From the human T2T-CHM13v2.0 reference genome, Homo sapiens: 64,000 bases of DNA. The notes beneath the pieces were generated by a model. That model made no database searches, was not told the DNA's origin, and was given only the letters and a program-made list of their open reading frames with translations. This document shows positions 26,202 to 41,974 of this stretch, piece after piece. A program made the translations under genes and the position numbers. Each line of letters opens with the position of its first letter. Position 1 is the stretch's first letter. Location of the stretch: the NCBI RefSeq assembly GCF_009914755.1, contig NC_060933.1; one strand, given 5' to 3'.

Positions 26202-28264
26202 AAGGCAAATTATGGAACTGGATACATCTCAGCTCCTCAGCAAGCACACATTACCACATCCCATTTTCACCCACACTATCTCAGCAGCACAGCTCCCAGC
26301 AGCCTAACAGAAAAGTCACGCTTTCCTCTAAGAAACTGCCATACTTCCTTCCTTCAGAGTAAAACAAAATCATATTATGGATTGTATCATGCTTTTTACA
26401 TAACTACCAGGAAACTTTTTAAACACATGATGCTAATTTAGCAGCCAACATTTTTGAACTTCATGGTCTATAAATTTGTACTGTTTCCCATATTTTCAGT
26501 CTCTGTTTCTATTTTCTTGGTCCTGACTCTCTTTTCCATTGGAAATTCATCATTTATTTTACTGAATATGAATATCCTGCTGAGAGCTGTTTATCCCACA
26601 GTCCAGTACACACAGGAAGGAGGCACACACAGTGCAGAGAGCCATCCTATACAATTGGAATTTAAAGAGATCTGACTTCATAAAGTACGTGTATACACAT
26701 GCATACCTATGCTTCCATGCCCATTAAGAAAATGTGGAAACAAGAAATTTAGGCTTGGGAGCAACGGCCAAAGGAGAAACAAGGAGAAGGAAGAGATTTA
26801 CTTTTCACTTTTACCTGTATATAGTATTTAATTATTTTCTGTAAGTATATTACTTATAATTTTTCAAAGTAAATAGCTCAGTAAAATGATCTTCTGTCAA
26901 GCTCAACAATTGGGTGCTTAGCAGAGCAAGAAATGGAAAAATAATGGCTAAAGCAGCTTTTACGTAATCTCCAAAGACATCAACTTTCACATCAGTTTCT
27001 CATAGACTGTCCAGCATATTGGAACCGAAGAAAAAGAGCAGGCATAAATACTCAGAACAATAAACTTGAAAAATGTAACCTCTGGTATACATTTAATGGT
27101 ATTAAATGAAAAGCAGTGAAAATGAAAACCTTAAACATCTGCATATACTAAGACTATGTTAAGAAGAAACGATTATTAAAAGTTAACTAATAAATAAGTA
27201 AAAGTTTGAGTATTTGGGGGTGAAAAATTGTCAGAAAGCAAATGTGTAAAAAGATATATGGTCCTGAAAATCCTCGCTTATTCTAAATTTAAAATGCACC
27301 TTGATTCTATTGCAAAGAAAGTTGAAAGTATGTCATCAAAAAGTCATTTAAAAAAACTACTACTTAAAAAGTGATCAGATAATTTACAAAGATTATTCTC
27401 AAGAAGTCAGATAAAGATAAAGATGCCCCATTTGTTAACAGTACTTTTTGTTCTTCTGGATAATGTACTGAAAACCAGTCTAGCTTCCTATGGTATGCAT
27501 AACTTCCTCTGTAATACTCCAATTGTATTACCAAAAGCAAACATTACTTTTGTTATCAAAGCAAATTTAATAAAGAATTTTCAACTATCTTGCCCACTCA
27601 CTTGCTTTGTAATTCAGATAAATGACTCAACATCTCCAAGCTTCTTTCATCATCTTGTAAAAGGCAAATAGCAATCTCTCCCAAGCAGCACTGTACTGAG
27701 AATTAACTGAATTGCTTTATGTAAATTCTCAGCACGATACCTTGTTCATGGGGGGTGGGCAATAAATAGGAGGTATCATCATCATCACTCTTGGTAATGA
27801 CGATAAAGCTGGTATATTTTCAATTCTATTGCATACAGTAGAATTTAAATTTAGTCAAAAATAATGTTCAATATTAAGAAATAACAGACTTCATCTTCAT
27901 AACAAAAGATAGGTTGGCAATGGCTACCTTAGAAGCTACCTAATTGCCTGGTCACAATTTTTTCTTTGTGTACTTTCCTAAAATAAATTTAATGAATAAC
28001 AAACTATATAAATAATTTTAACTGATAATCATGTGCAAAGAAATACAATTTGGCACTCAGGCTGAGCTTATCCCACTGGAAAGGTGTGCATTAACATGGT
28101 GGCATGTATTCGTTTTTCAAGTCACTTTACTGGCCACTATTAAGTCTCTGTGTGGATGAAGTAGAAACTAAAAAAGGTCTGGTTTGAGAAAGGCCGGAAG
28201 CAGGAGGCAAGTGGGCTCTGCCAAGGTGCATCTGTATCCACAGGTAAGAAGGAAGGTTCTCCAT

Positions 28265-28268
<4 letters not shown>

Positions 28269-28335
<67 letters not shown>
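28269..28335 (+). repeat. Compound (TC)n(TG)n microsatellite
   Basis: About (TC)18 directly followed by about (TG)15. Confidence 0.97.
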
Positions 28336-28337
<2 letters not shown>

Positions 28338-29082
28338 CATTGACAAGGGGGTAAGCCCCTACAAAAGAGAGTGAACCTCAGAAGAGAGATGCTGGAGAGA
28401 CGCTGTGTCCTCCAAAGGACTCATGTCACCACAGTCACCATACCCAGGTCAGGTCTACCTAACAGCCACTTCAATTCCATCTTTCTCATGTGACACTTAA
28501 GGCTATGCTGACTTTGCCAAAATTGCTTTCAGCCAAATTTTCTAAAAGAAAGGAAAATAAGCATACTTTTCTGATGAAAACTGTTGTCAGACAGGCCTGT
28601 AACTAAAGCCATTTCATACAGAATATCCTGGCCAATGTTTAGCACATGGTGCTTTACACTGAAAACTTTAAAAGCTAGAACAGCTATCCATATCCATCTT
28701 CTAAAATAATGTTGTAACAGCATTAGTAAATGGTGAATAATGTTTGAACAGTGTCTACTAGGAAGGACTTAATGAAATAAAGTGGAAGATATGTGAAATG
28801 ACTAACATTTGAATTCATAAGGATGTTATGCCCCAAAACCTTATTTTTGGTATCAAGGTGGCCATTTTGATTAATTTCCTGATGATACTTAAGAAAGAAT
28901 AACATTAATTTCTAAAGCTTCCAGATAATAACTTTTTCCCAGGTTACAGCTTTTATATATGTTATATGCAACTCACACTAATTCACACTTAACAGCAGAT
29001 AGAATCTAAATTAGATCTTCTTATAAATTATTTCCAGAATGGGCAAGAGCAACCAAAAGATAAGATATACATTATCTAATTA

Positions 29083-29422
<340 letters not shown>

Positions 29423-31117
29423 GACACAAACTAAGCAAACTCTAAATTTATATTATTTTGGAAGACTCATCAAAAATCCTGCTCCAAACACTCATATTGC
29501 TAATTATCTCATTCAAGATATTACTTCACCATGTCAATATTGATTTATTATTTTATACTTTGTTTCTTTCCCCCAAAAGACATGAGAACACTTACAAAAA
29601 ATACTCCTGCCACTGAGATAAAATAGATAGGTAAGTAAATCTGGGTTAAGTCAGAATGAAGGTAAGAAAGTAAATATATATGGGCAGTGGTAGAGCACAA
29701 AAATGTAAGCTTTTAGGTCCCTGATCCTTTGCCAGTAAAGCTGTACTTTCCATCCCAGGCTCAGTTTCTTCCGTGTTTGCTGGGAGTTCCTGTATTACTC
29801 TGTAGATTTCATCGAACTTTTAAGAAGGCAGTGGTTGCTTTGCCTAGCAAGGGAATAAGAATAATGAGCTGAGAGCTCCAAGGTGGTATTTGGAAGGCAT
29901 ACTTTTTCCCAGAGGAAAAATACTGAAGAAAAAGGCCAGTTGTACAGGAAATAGGGACAGACATTATCACCATATTGAAGCCAAATAGAAAATAAAATGA
30001 TTTTTTTTAAGTTTAAAATTCTTTTGTTTCCATGATATACTCAAGAGTCTGACTCCAAATAACAACCTCAAAACCTTGTTTCTGTTTTCAGTGCCTTCCT
30101 GAACTAAGTGTTTTCCCTCAAGTAGCACCAATAAAACCCAGATTCCACCCACTGGCATTCTGTCTAAGCCAACACAGCTTTTATCAGGTGCTTGAAAAAG
30201 ACTTTGCATACAGTAATGTGAGACGCTGAAGGTGCATGGCAAACAGCAATGCACTGCTGTAGAACTCCAAGTTGGGCTTCTAACCTCCTGAGAGACTGAT
30301 GACTATAGATGTCACCCAATCAATGAACAAATGAATTTTCTTCAGTATTTAATAGTGTATTTTGGTATCTGGATTACTGGGAATTTTACCAAGGGCCAAA
30401 AGAGCCTATTGCTACCAACCAGATTTGGTTGGGGGTTTGGCATCTGAAATGTACTCTTTTCCCCAGGAGCTGAAATTGGAAGTGGACTTATTTAAATGCA
30501 TTGGCCTTGATCACAGTGGATGCCTAGATTTCTATTAACTTTTAGCCTTGTTAAGTCCAGGTAATTTCAGTTATTGATGTACCCTCCTTTTAACTTCTCC
30601 ATCATCAAAAGACATTTATTAAGTACCTATTTGTTTACCTTACTCTTCGAAGTACCACATGGAGAAACACTTCTTGCCCTCTAGGGAACTTAAAATCATT
30701 CCTCTCATGGTCTCCTTCTGGCTTTAACTAGATACCATTAAATAGTTGCCTCATTCTCCTGCTGCAAAAACATTTCTTCAGTGCTGGCTCTTCATTAAGG
30801 GGTGGCTAATGAAGCTCATGTAGATCACCCAATTTGGTAGAAACTCTGATGGCTTTAGCCCTTCATCTCTCCTAAATGCTGCACCTTATGAAGTTTGGCA
30901 CAGCCTCTCACAACTCCCTATCTGCCATGTTTAAAGGAGTTTTGCATTTGTTTGTTTTTGATTCTATGTATTTAAAACTACCAGTATTTTCAACAAGAAG
31001 AGCAAATCTAAGATGCAGATAAATTACGTTACTTTGAATATTAACTATTATATAGATTGACAAATATTGCTATTTTATCTCCAGAGAAACTTTAATATAG
31101 AGTCATCTTGTAGCACT

Positions 31118-31157
<40 letters not shown>

Positions 31158-32589
31158 AAGTTGAAGAGATTTTTCCAAATACGATGTAATTTAGGGTTAC
31201 AATGTCAAAACTGTAAACCTAAAATTAAACTACTAACTATTTTTGTTTGCAGGCTTCTTTTCTCAAAATTACAACCGCATTACATTTGTTGCAAAAGAAC
31301 AGATTCAAGCCAGGATTTTGTTCATTCACATGTTATTCCTGCTTTACACGTATTTTATGGAGGAGTTACTTTTGCTGGCATTTTGTTTTGTTTTGTTTCT
31401 TTTACTAAATGGTGAGCAATGTTAGAGATAAATGTAACTGCCTACAAACACTCCAGAGCAAAATTTGGAAAGAAAGCTTGAGCAAATAATACTACATTTG
31501 ATGGGATATAAGAAATTAAGAGTTCTTCAGATGACAAGAAAGTGGCATATTCTTTTTAACACAATGGAATTAAAGCTATGGTGAATAAAGCAATATATTA
31601 AGAATCCTCTGGAAAGCCAATATCTTGAATCATTACATCAGAATCTACACTGGGACTCTTATAACAAAGCTTCCATCCCTGGGAAAATGAAGAACTTCAC
31701 TATGAGAGGATGGAACTACACCAAAAAAACTTTTCCAACTCCAGTCTTGGGAGCGCATCAAAGCAACAGGCCCTCGTCCCTGGTAAACTGTAATCTAGGC
31801 GTACTACACTTTCTGCATGTTGAGCCAAGGAATTTCCTCCTAGCAACAGGCTGTGGTCTGATGGGCTCGTCCACCTCCTTTCCAAGTGGAGAGAAAGCAA
31901 AATCAGGAACAATATCCCCTGAATTCTCTTCATCAAGGATTATCAGACACCTGTTTTAAATTTTAATCTCATTAGTTATTATTGATAACAAGGACAATGT
32001 AGATCCATTGCAAAGGCTTATACCACAAAGAAAACACAACTCTAATTAGTACACGCTTCATAAACAAGGCAAAGGTGCCTATCTGAAGCTATTTTAAAGC
32101 CCTTGTTGTGGTTCATAGGCTTAGAGAGAGATGCTTTGAATTCTGCTTCCATGTATTGTACTAGGGGAAAGACATGGCATTCTCCAAATATTATTGAGAG
32201 GCATCTTTACCACAAGGCAGGATAGTTCTGGGCATGGGGCCCCCTTTCGACCATACCTAGAGCACCAAGAAACCAGGAGCCCCGCCTGGGAGCCCCAGTT
32301 TCTTCTCTGCTATCTCTCTGGATGCTGGACTTGCAGTCTCCTCAACAGTGGATCACAGCCCATAGCTCTCACATCTTTTTATACCCACCAATCCCACACT
32401 CTCAACCTCGTAAACTTCACCTCCCCTTCACTTTCTCCTCTTCCTCCTGCCCTCTCCCTTATTTCCCATTCAGAAAACCCCCTTCATCAAGGTGTAACTT
32501 CCTCAGGAAGAACTGCAAAGAATCAGCCCAGTGCAGATGAGGTTCCACCACCCGAAGTTTCTGCTCTATATCCAGTGAAATCAATCTCC

Positions 32590-32591
<2 letters not shown>

Positions 32592-32641
<50 letters not shown>
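32592..32641 (+). repeat. (AC)25 microsatellite
   Basis: Pure AC run. Confidence 0.97.
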
Positions 32642-32642
<1 letters not shown>

Positions 32643-33019
32643 ACATCCCATCTTCTTCCTATTCCTCTCACCCCCTCCCAAGGAGAGTTTTCTGCTCTGA
32701 ACTACGTTATATCCTACCTACTAGCCCATCTACTCCCTCACCCGAAAAGTCTGAACTCCTCTAAGGCCTCCATCAGCAGCAAGATACTAAACTCTGCATC
32801 CTGAGGTCAAGCCAAGCCAAATGTTGACATACCAGGAGTCTCTGCCCCTCCGACCCCAGCTTCTAGTTGATATTCCCACATTTCACTTGAAATTCAACAT
32901 CCTCTCCCTTACAACCTGGCTACTTCCCCATATCGCAAAGTAAAAGCCTTCTCCAGCTTTAAAAGTTAACCGCTCTACCTAAATTCCAGATTCCAAAGTT
33001 TCCTATTCCTTGAATAATA

Positions 33020-33290
33020 TTGCAAATAGTTACTAAGATGCCATACTGATTAAGTGGCAGGAACTATGCTAGACATGCATTATCTGACACAGAAATCATA
33101 AGAACTCTATAAGGTATAAATAGATTTGGTTGAATCACACAATATTTGTAATACGCAGCTAGATTTAAGCCATGAAATAATTATTTTGTATTTATATGTG
33201 CATTATTATTAGCTCCATTTTACAGTTAGAAAAACTGAGGCTCATGAGACAAAGTATGTTTCCCGAAGTCACACAGCTCAAGTATATAAG
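33020..33290 (-). mobile_element. MIR (possibly split by a MADE2-like insert ~33120-33195)
   Basis: ccattttacagttagaaaaactgaggctc...gtcacacagct. Confidence 0.7.
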
Positions 33291-34016
33291 ACCCCAAGGC
33301 TCACAGCCACATACCACACTGCCCCTCAAGCTTATCTGACTCCCCAGTTTTGCACAGAGCTGGTCCTGTCTTCTGACCTTTACTTAAGTAATGCTCATGT
33401 CCTCTCCATAACTTATTTTAACAGCCAGGGTAAGACCCACATTCTCCCATGAAGCTGTCCTGACAAATTCCAAGCCAAGCTGGCCCCAGCCTCCCTTGGA
33501 ATCCATAGTATAATTGAGCAAGCTGCCCTTCTTATGCCCTGTATGCCAGCTAATCATTCTTTACCAGTGAGTCATCTCTTCTCAAACTAAACTGCATAGT
33601 TGGCAAAGCTTAGAAACTCTGGTAACTATGTCATTTTCCCTTTCTGAACCACCATATCTCAATTATTAAATGAGGGTGTTAGAAAAAGGCTGCCCTGTTT
33701 AAGAGAAAGCATGAAGAGCCTGTCTGCTTAGCACTACCCTTCATTACCTTTCCCTCCGCAAAGCACAAAGGAAGCAAATCTTGGCTTAAATTAGAAGGTA
33801 GCAAGTTGTCCTCTTTTTGATCCTTGGATCCCCATTTCCAATGCACTGGTGCTCTCAGATCTTTTGATATTGCAAAGACTTCCTCCCTTGTCAACTGTTT
33901 CCAGTTCATCTTTCCAAAACACTTTCTACATCCCACTAATACTAACTTTCAAGAACACAGCTTGGAACATGTAACTTCCTTTTTCAAACACTGGCAGAAA
34001 CTCCCCATTATCTACC

Positions 34017-34085
34017 ATGGAAGGCAGAATTCTAAGATGGCCCCTAAGACTTCCTGCACCCTCATCTACAAGCCCTGCACCTACT
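34017..34085 (+). mobile_element. MLT1E/F LTR 5' fragment
   Basis: ggcagaattctaagatggcccctaagacttcctgc matches the MLT1E/F start. Confidence 0.55.
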
Positions 34086-34259
34086 GAGGAAATCCATTGC
34101 ATCAGATGGCATTCAGGGTCCTTAAGGGTCATTTCCTGGATTCCAGGCTCAGGTTACCTGACACTAATTCAAGCACCTCAAGCTCCACGTAAACTGGTAA
34201 TCTGAGCCTTTGCCCAAGCTAATTTCCAGGTAAATCTGTCCCTTTATTCATTAAGTTTA

Positions 34260-34590
<331 letters not shown>

Positions 34591-34729
34591 AGAAATCCGT
34601 ATTCCTTGCAGACCAGCTCAAACACCCCTTCTTTCCTACTCTTTGGACTCAACATTAATCCATTTCTTCTTTCCACTGCTCCCTCAAGACATTACCTGGA
34701 ATTCTATCTAGTGGCTTATGCAGCTAAAT

Positions 34730-34946
34730 CAGGGGTGTCCAATCTTTTGGCTTCCCTGGGCCACACTAGAAGAAGAATTGTCTTGAGCCACACATACACT
34801 AACACTAACAATAGCTGATGAACTTAAAGAAAAGCAGAAAGAAAAATCTCATAACGTTTTAAGAGAGTTTATGAATTTGTGTTGAGCTGCATTCAAAGCG
34901 ATCCTGGGTCACATGCAGCCTGCAGGCCATGGGTTGAACAAGCTTG
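34730..34946. mobile_element. MER30 hAT-Charlie MITE
   Basis: caggggtgtccaatcttttggcttccctgggccacac...ggttgaacaagcttg; perfect 8-bp TSD agctaaat. Confidence 0.92.
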
Positions 34947-36225
34947 AGCTAAATAAAAGCTCAGGGAGGGTAGTTGCTATGCTTAGATGATAGAGCAGGG
35001 ACTTCCTGACAGAAATCTATAGCAGGGGCACACTTATGATTCCCGCAGGTCACTGAGCTGATCTACTCTGACCTTGTCCTCGCCTTACTGATAAGTGACT
35101 ACTACGTAATACTCCAGTTCAGACTCATGATACTAATAACTTCTCCACTGCATTGCTTTTCTGAATTGCAATCTATTTGTAATAATTTTAGCAAGTCCAA
35201 TTCTCACCCATTAGAAACAAATTTAAATAGAACAAAGCTTAAAAATTAGCATTCCAATTTTTTTTAGGGCATTTGTCTATAAAAATGTAGAAACCACTAA
35301 TTATTTAATAATTACACTGACTCTTTTTATACCTCAAGTTCTCCTCTTGTGCAATTCAATAGGAGATCAATCAAAAGTTAAATTTTTTGAGAAATCATGT
35401 TTTCCCTCAATGTGTAAAAGAGGAAGAAGAAGAGGGGAAGATGTGTTACATGACTGGTTAGAGGCCAATCTAATTTCAAGGAAATGCAAACGCAGAAAAA
35501 TCTTATCAGCTCTAGCTCAATTCCTCTAAATATACTAAATCAAAATCTAAGAAGGAAATGGAAATACCTGTGATTGATAGAGAAGTACAATACTAGGAAT
35601 CCACCTGGTCTCCTCAAGGGCAACGGTTTGTTTCCTTCTCAGCCACACTATATCCTATCAGCCACCCTAACCGCCCACTACACTCTAGTTGGCCAAGAAG
35701 TCACTGAGGGCTGTCCTGTGTATCTTCTCAAATTTTGTCCCTTGAGCAAACAGGATTCCCCCTGCCTTCCAAAATAATCTAAAACAATATTAAAAGAAAT
35801 AAGGTCACATCAAAATAAAACAAATACTAAAATGTCCCTCGTCCAATTACGCCTTCCAGTCCCCACACTTATTATGTTTGCCTGAACAATTAACAGCTTT
35901 TAAGATATTTCTGGCTGACCCAGAAGGCCATATTCAATACACAAAAAGGTGGAAAACAAGTGATAGGCTACACAGAAAATTGTGCCATCATTTGCTGAGG
36001 CTTCTGTTCACTAAGATCACAGCTATTTTTCAGTTTCCACATGATGTTCTGTGTAGAAACCATATATCCCTAATATTGGAAGACCATGATGATCTTATCA
36101 CTAAAACATAACAGCTAAGAACTAAAGAGAATATTTAGATTGAAAGTGTCCTGAGAAAAATCAAGGTGTAGAGGATCACAGTTGGATGTTCTGCCCTATC
36201 TTAGTCTCTTCCAGAATGATGTACA

Positions 36226-36559
36226 TACACATGGGCTCCGCATACATGAATTCAACCAACCATGGAACAAAAATATTCAGAAAACAAAAATTCCACAAAC
36301 TTACAAAAAGTAAAACTCCAATTTGCTGCACACTGAGTACTATGCTGAATCCACTCAAATGAAGTGATATGTAGGCACTGTATTAGGTACTGTAAGTAGA
36401 GATGAATTAAAGTATATGGGAGGATGTGCACAGGTTACATACAAATACTATGCCATTTTATACAAGGAACTTGAGCATTATGGTGTTTGGTATCCCCAGT
36501 GGGGCCTGGGGTTGGGGCGGTCCTAGAACCAATTCCCCCAAAATACCATGGAACGACTG
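36226..36559. mobile_element. MER2/MER2B TcMar-Tigger element
   Basis: gaattcaaccaaccatggaacaaaaatattc...ggtcctagaaccaattcccc...ggaacgactg followed by TA. Confidence 0.8.
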
Positions 36560-36689
36560 TATTTTCCATTGTCGTATTTTCTTTACCTTTAAAATAGGAA
36601 TACAGTATCTTCCCTGAGAGGATAAGTGGTTTCTCAATTTTATAAATTTTTCTTTGAAAGAACCTGTTGGCTTTTTTACCTTTTCTTAT

Positions 36690-36930
36690 AGGAGAGCACA
36701 TGACATTTACTTTCTTAGCGAATTTCCAGTATACATTACAATATTGTTAACTATAGTCCTCAACTTTTGCATTAAATCTCAAGGCTTATTCATCCTACAA
36801 AACTGCAACTCTGTACCCTCTGACCAAGATCTCTGCATTTCCCCACCTCCCCACCTCAGCACCATTCTACTCTGCTTCTAAGTATCCAACATTTTAAAAT
36901 TCCAGATATAAGTGAGAACAGAAGGTATTA
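36690..36930 (-). mobile_element. Old L1 (L1MA/MB-type) 3' end fragment
   Basis: tattgttaactatagtc...cttattcatcctacaaaactgcaactctgtaccctctgacc...ttccagatataagtgaga matches reverse L1M 3'UTR. Confidence 0.75.
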
Positions 36931-37074
36931 TTTAGAACAAAAACTGTAACCTCGTTTTTTAAATACATTTGCTTTGGATATCCAAGAATCTTCTTATCTC
37001 AAGAATGCTATAAAAAAATATATAAATCCCATTCTTAAGAAGCCAGTTATTGTTTGGTACTAGGTTCATCCTTA

Positions 37075-37365
<291 letters not shown>

Positions 37366-38028
37366 TCATTTTATAGAAACAACATGAAAAAATCATCATT
37401 GCTTATAATATTAAAGTCTGATATAGAAAGTAATAGTAAGTTTTCCAGCATAGGCATGGGGCTTAAAGGGAGATTTGACTCTATCAGAGTATCAGGATTC
37501 ACTCTCAACTTTACTGTAATTCTCCAGAAGAGCCAAAAGAAAAAAAATCCAGAAATACAGAACAAAATATTTAAAGATCCAAGCCAAATGTTTTTTAATG
37601 ATTTTTTTCTTTTATGCTGACTGTATATATAACATTTTGTCATTCTGATGAAATACATGTTATTTCCTTTTGAAATCTGAATGAATCACATTTCAGAAAA
37701 ATTCATTGAAATATGATTTAGAACAGTGATCAGGTAAAATTTTTAACACTAATTCAGATTTAATTATTATAGTCTTTAATTCCCTGTCATTGTTAAATAC
37801 AGCACTAACAGAATAATTAATTGGGAAGGTATGTACTATACATTTTAAAGAGCATTTTTTTTTTTCTAAAATCTAAATGATGACAATTTGGCTTTGTAAC
37901 ACAGGCTGAAAATATTTATTCATTGAGATACGGATCATCTCCCTTTTAACAAGCTAATAAACAATATTTGGATAACTTTTTTTTGGCTAAAGTCTATTAG
38001 GTAAAACGACCATCAACAAAAACAATGA

Positions 38029-38367
<339 letters not shown>

Positions 38368-38620
38368 TTATGAGCTTTATTAATATAAGCATATATTTAA
38401 AAATTAGTCCAGATAATTGCTAATCACATTTTAAAAATAAATATTAGACTAATACAGCCAAAGAAACCTTAGAAATAAAGAACTGTAGTTATTCTGGTAA
38501 TTCTGTCTTTTCGATGGACTAATAATTAAAATCACCTTTTTTGTTTGGATTCCAAATGGTTTCCCAATTTATCATAAACTCACATGGGTGGGGAAGTTGT
38601 GGAAGAGAGTAAGAAATCTT

Positions 38621-38993
<373 letters not shown>

Positions 38994-39409
38994 CTAATTT
39001 ATCAGTTGAAAGATTTCTGCCACCTATCATTGTCTAAATGGATTCCCAGTTTGCTGGTGAGATCTTATTTTTAGACTGTGATATCCTTGAGGATAGAGCC
39101 TGTGCTTTTCATTTCTAGGTCAGTATAGGGCATGAAATATTAGGAAGTACTCAAAACTATCTGTTGAATAAACAAAGCATGGATGAATTTTTTAAAAACC
39201 AATGAATTGGAAAACATTGTTCTTGAATATCTCTCCATAGACTTGAAATATATCATACTATGGAGAAAGGCACACCTACTTTGGATTTTCATGAATTAGT
39301 TATTTTCCCTGAACCTAAGTAATATGAATACTGGCATGAAAATTTACAACGGTACTGTAATCATGGTTTTTTTAAAAAAAATTTATTTTCTCCAATGTTG
39401 TTGATGATA

Positions 39410-39640
39410 ATAACCACCCCTTACATATGTCAATTGTAAGCAAGCTTTTTGTAACAAGATTCACAATGTTTCACTCTAATTCTCAATACAAATCATCAAG
39501 GTGGATACTATCATCAACTCCATCTTACAAATGAAGAAAGGGAGGCCTCAATGGGTTTAATAACGTGCCCAAGTTAATATTGCTGTTTAGCTGCAGAGAG
39601 GAACCTTCTGAACCTCTGGAGTCTAAGCTCCAGCCACTCA
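39410..39640 (-). mobile_element. MIR
   Basis: ccatcttacaaatgaagaaagggaggcctca...gcccaag. Confidence 0.65.
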
Positions 39641-39957
39641 ACCTCTCAGTATTTTGAAGTAATTCATGTCTTATTATGGTGTTAATTTAAATCAATTTTA
39701 CATAATTTATTTTTATATACTTCAACATCATTTTCAAGTATCCAAGTTTTTATTTTTAACTCATTAATAATTCATTTACTCTTCCTTTAATCAGATGACT
39801 CATACAACTTTGCATTTTCTATCTTTTGAAGACATATAGTAACCAGTAGAAGGAATCTAAAGCTATTGTGTTAAACTACTGACTTTAAAAATAATTATAT
39901 AGGAACAGAATCATATGCATCAAAGATATTAGATTATTGAAATAATAAACTTTATGA

Positions 39958-40252
<295 letters not shown>

Positions 40253-41616
40253 TAATAGTAATTCCCACATCTAAACTATACAATGTTCCACTCGAACCCA
40301 TTTACAAAAGCCACACTCCATTTTAGTGGTCAAAACAGTAAACATTTAATTGTTCATTTAATTTATTTGGGCTATATTAATTCCACATAAATTCAAATTG
40401 CTTGCAAATTGAGGTATGCTTGATTTTGAAAATATTCTAATGAAAAAGCTTCCTTTCTAGCCAGGCTTTACCACTACGTAAGAAAGGATCTGACTGTTTG
40501 GCTTTTTCAGTCCATCTGAGATGTCTCTTTGTAACTGTATTTTAATTTTATTAGAGTGTGTTACTCATGTGGTTTCTCTTTCACATGAACCCAAACCAAA
40601 ACTAATTTAATGCCATGTTCCAGGTGACTCAATATGAAATGGGGACACATAAAAAGATCTTATCTTTTTGGAATCTTAGAAATTCCTTTATCTCTTTTAC
40701 TTCTTTTTAAATTTTCAGGTAGTTGTTTTTATTATAATCATTATTATATGTACCACCTACTTGTAAAAACGCTTTGGGCAGGTTTACAGGGAAAAAAAAA
40801 AAAACAGTAGTAGAGAAATTCACTTAAACTAAGTATGAGAAAAGAAGTGCCCTAAATATCACAGGAAAATCAACTACATACGATTTCATTTTATAATATT
40901 TCTACATTCACGTACAGGTAATCTCCAACTTACTATTGATTCGTGCTCTAAAAGCTCATCGGTAAGTTAATGGTCGGAACTCAATGAATTCTATTGAACC
41001 AATAACATATTAGGTGATCAGGTTGTTACACCAGCACGCAAAGCCCAATTCAATCCTGAATGCAACTCAACCATCATACCAATAGTACCAACAGGAATTC
41101 TGAGTCTAAAGACGATGGCCTTATGAAGAATTATGCCAAATGGGAGATCAAGTACTTCTACAATAAATTCATTCATTCAGTAGACATTAATTGAGCACCA
41201 AAAGGCTGCAGAGTGTCAGCTTTACATGTACTAATTCTGGAATTAAAAAGGCCTGGCTCCTAAATATAAACTGGAGATAAAATAATGCCTTAAATAAAAT
41301 AATGTATGTAAAGTTTGTGGCACATAAAAAAATCTTTACTAATTTTAACTCTCTTCCTTTCTGCTGAGGAAGAAGAAGAAAGAAACAGAGTTCTCAGCTT
41401 TACATAAATTCTTGAAGGAAGCCAGGCTTAATTTCCTCATCATTTGCACTCCTCTCCACCTTCCCTTCCGGGCTTCAGGGCCCAGTGCAAGACCCTCACT
41501 GAGCCAACCATCTTAGACCTCTCTCTGTTCCAGGCTCTAAAAATATCCCCTCCCAACCTGACTTTTATTCCCATCCTGCAGCCACTAACATCTGCTAGGT
41601 GATAAAGAAAAGCAGA

Positions 41617-41867
41617 TGCAATGGCGCGATCTCGGCTCACCACAACCTCCGCCTCCCGGGTTCAAGCGCTTCTCCTGCCTCAGCCTCCCGAGTAGTGGAA
41701 TTACAGGCATATGCCACCATGTCCGGCTAATTATTTTGTATTTTTAGTAGAGACAGGGTTTCTCCAATGTCGTTCATGGCTGGTTTTGAACTCCCGACCT
41801 CAGGTGATCAGCCCGCCTTAGCCTCCCAATGTGCTGAGATTACAGGCGTGAGCCACTGTGCCTGGCC
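41617..41867 (-). mobile_element. Alu (AluSp-like) lacking its 3' end and tail
   Basis: Starts abruptly at tgcaatggcgcgatctcggctcac and runs to cctggcc; no poly-T. Confidence 0.93.
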
Positions 41868-41974
41868 TGACCTGATGAATTTCTAATTAGTGGTATTTTT
41901 AAGACAGTATAAAAGAATGGTATAAAATAATTCAGGCAGAGTACAATTATAATATTTGGGGACAGGGAGAAAGC

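Noticed and set aside
32194-32700. 168-aa ORF with a THTH run (similarly 49396-49734 with CVCV)
   Set aside because: Kept open by dinucleotide repeats; no recognisable domain.
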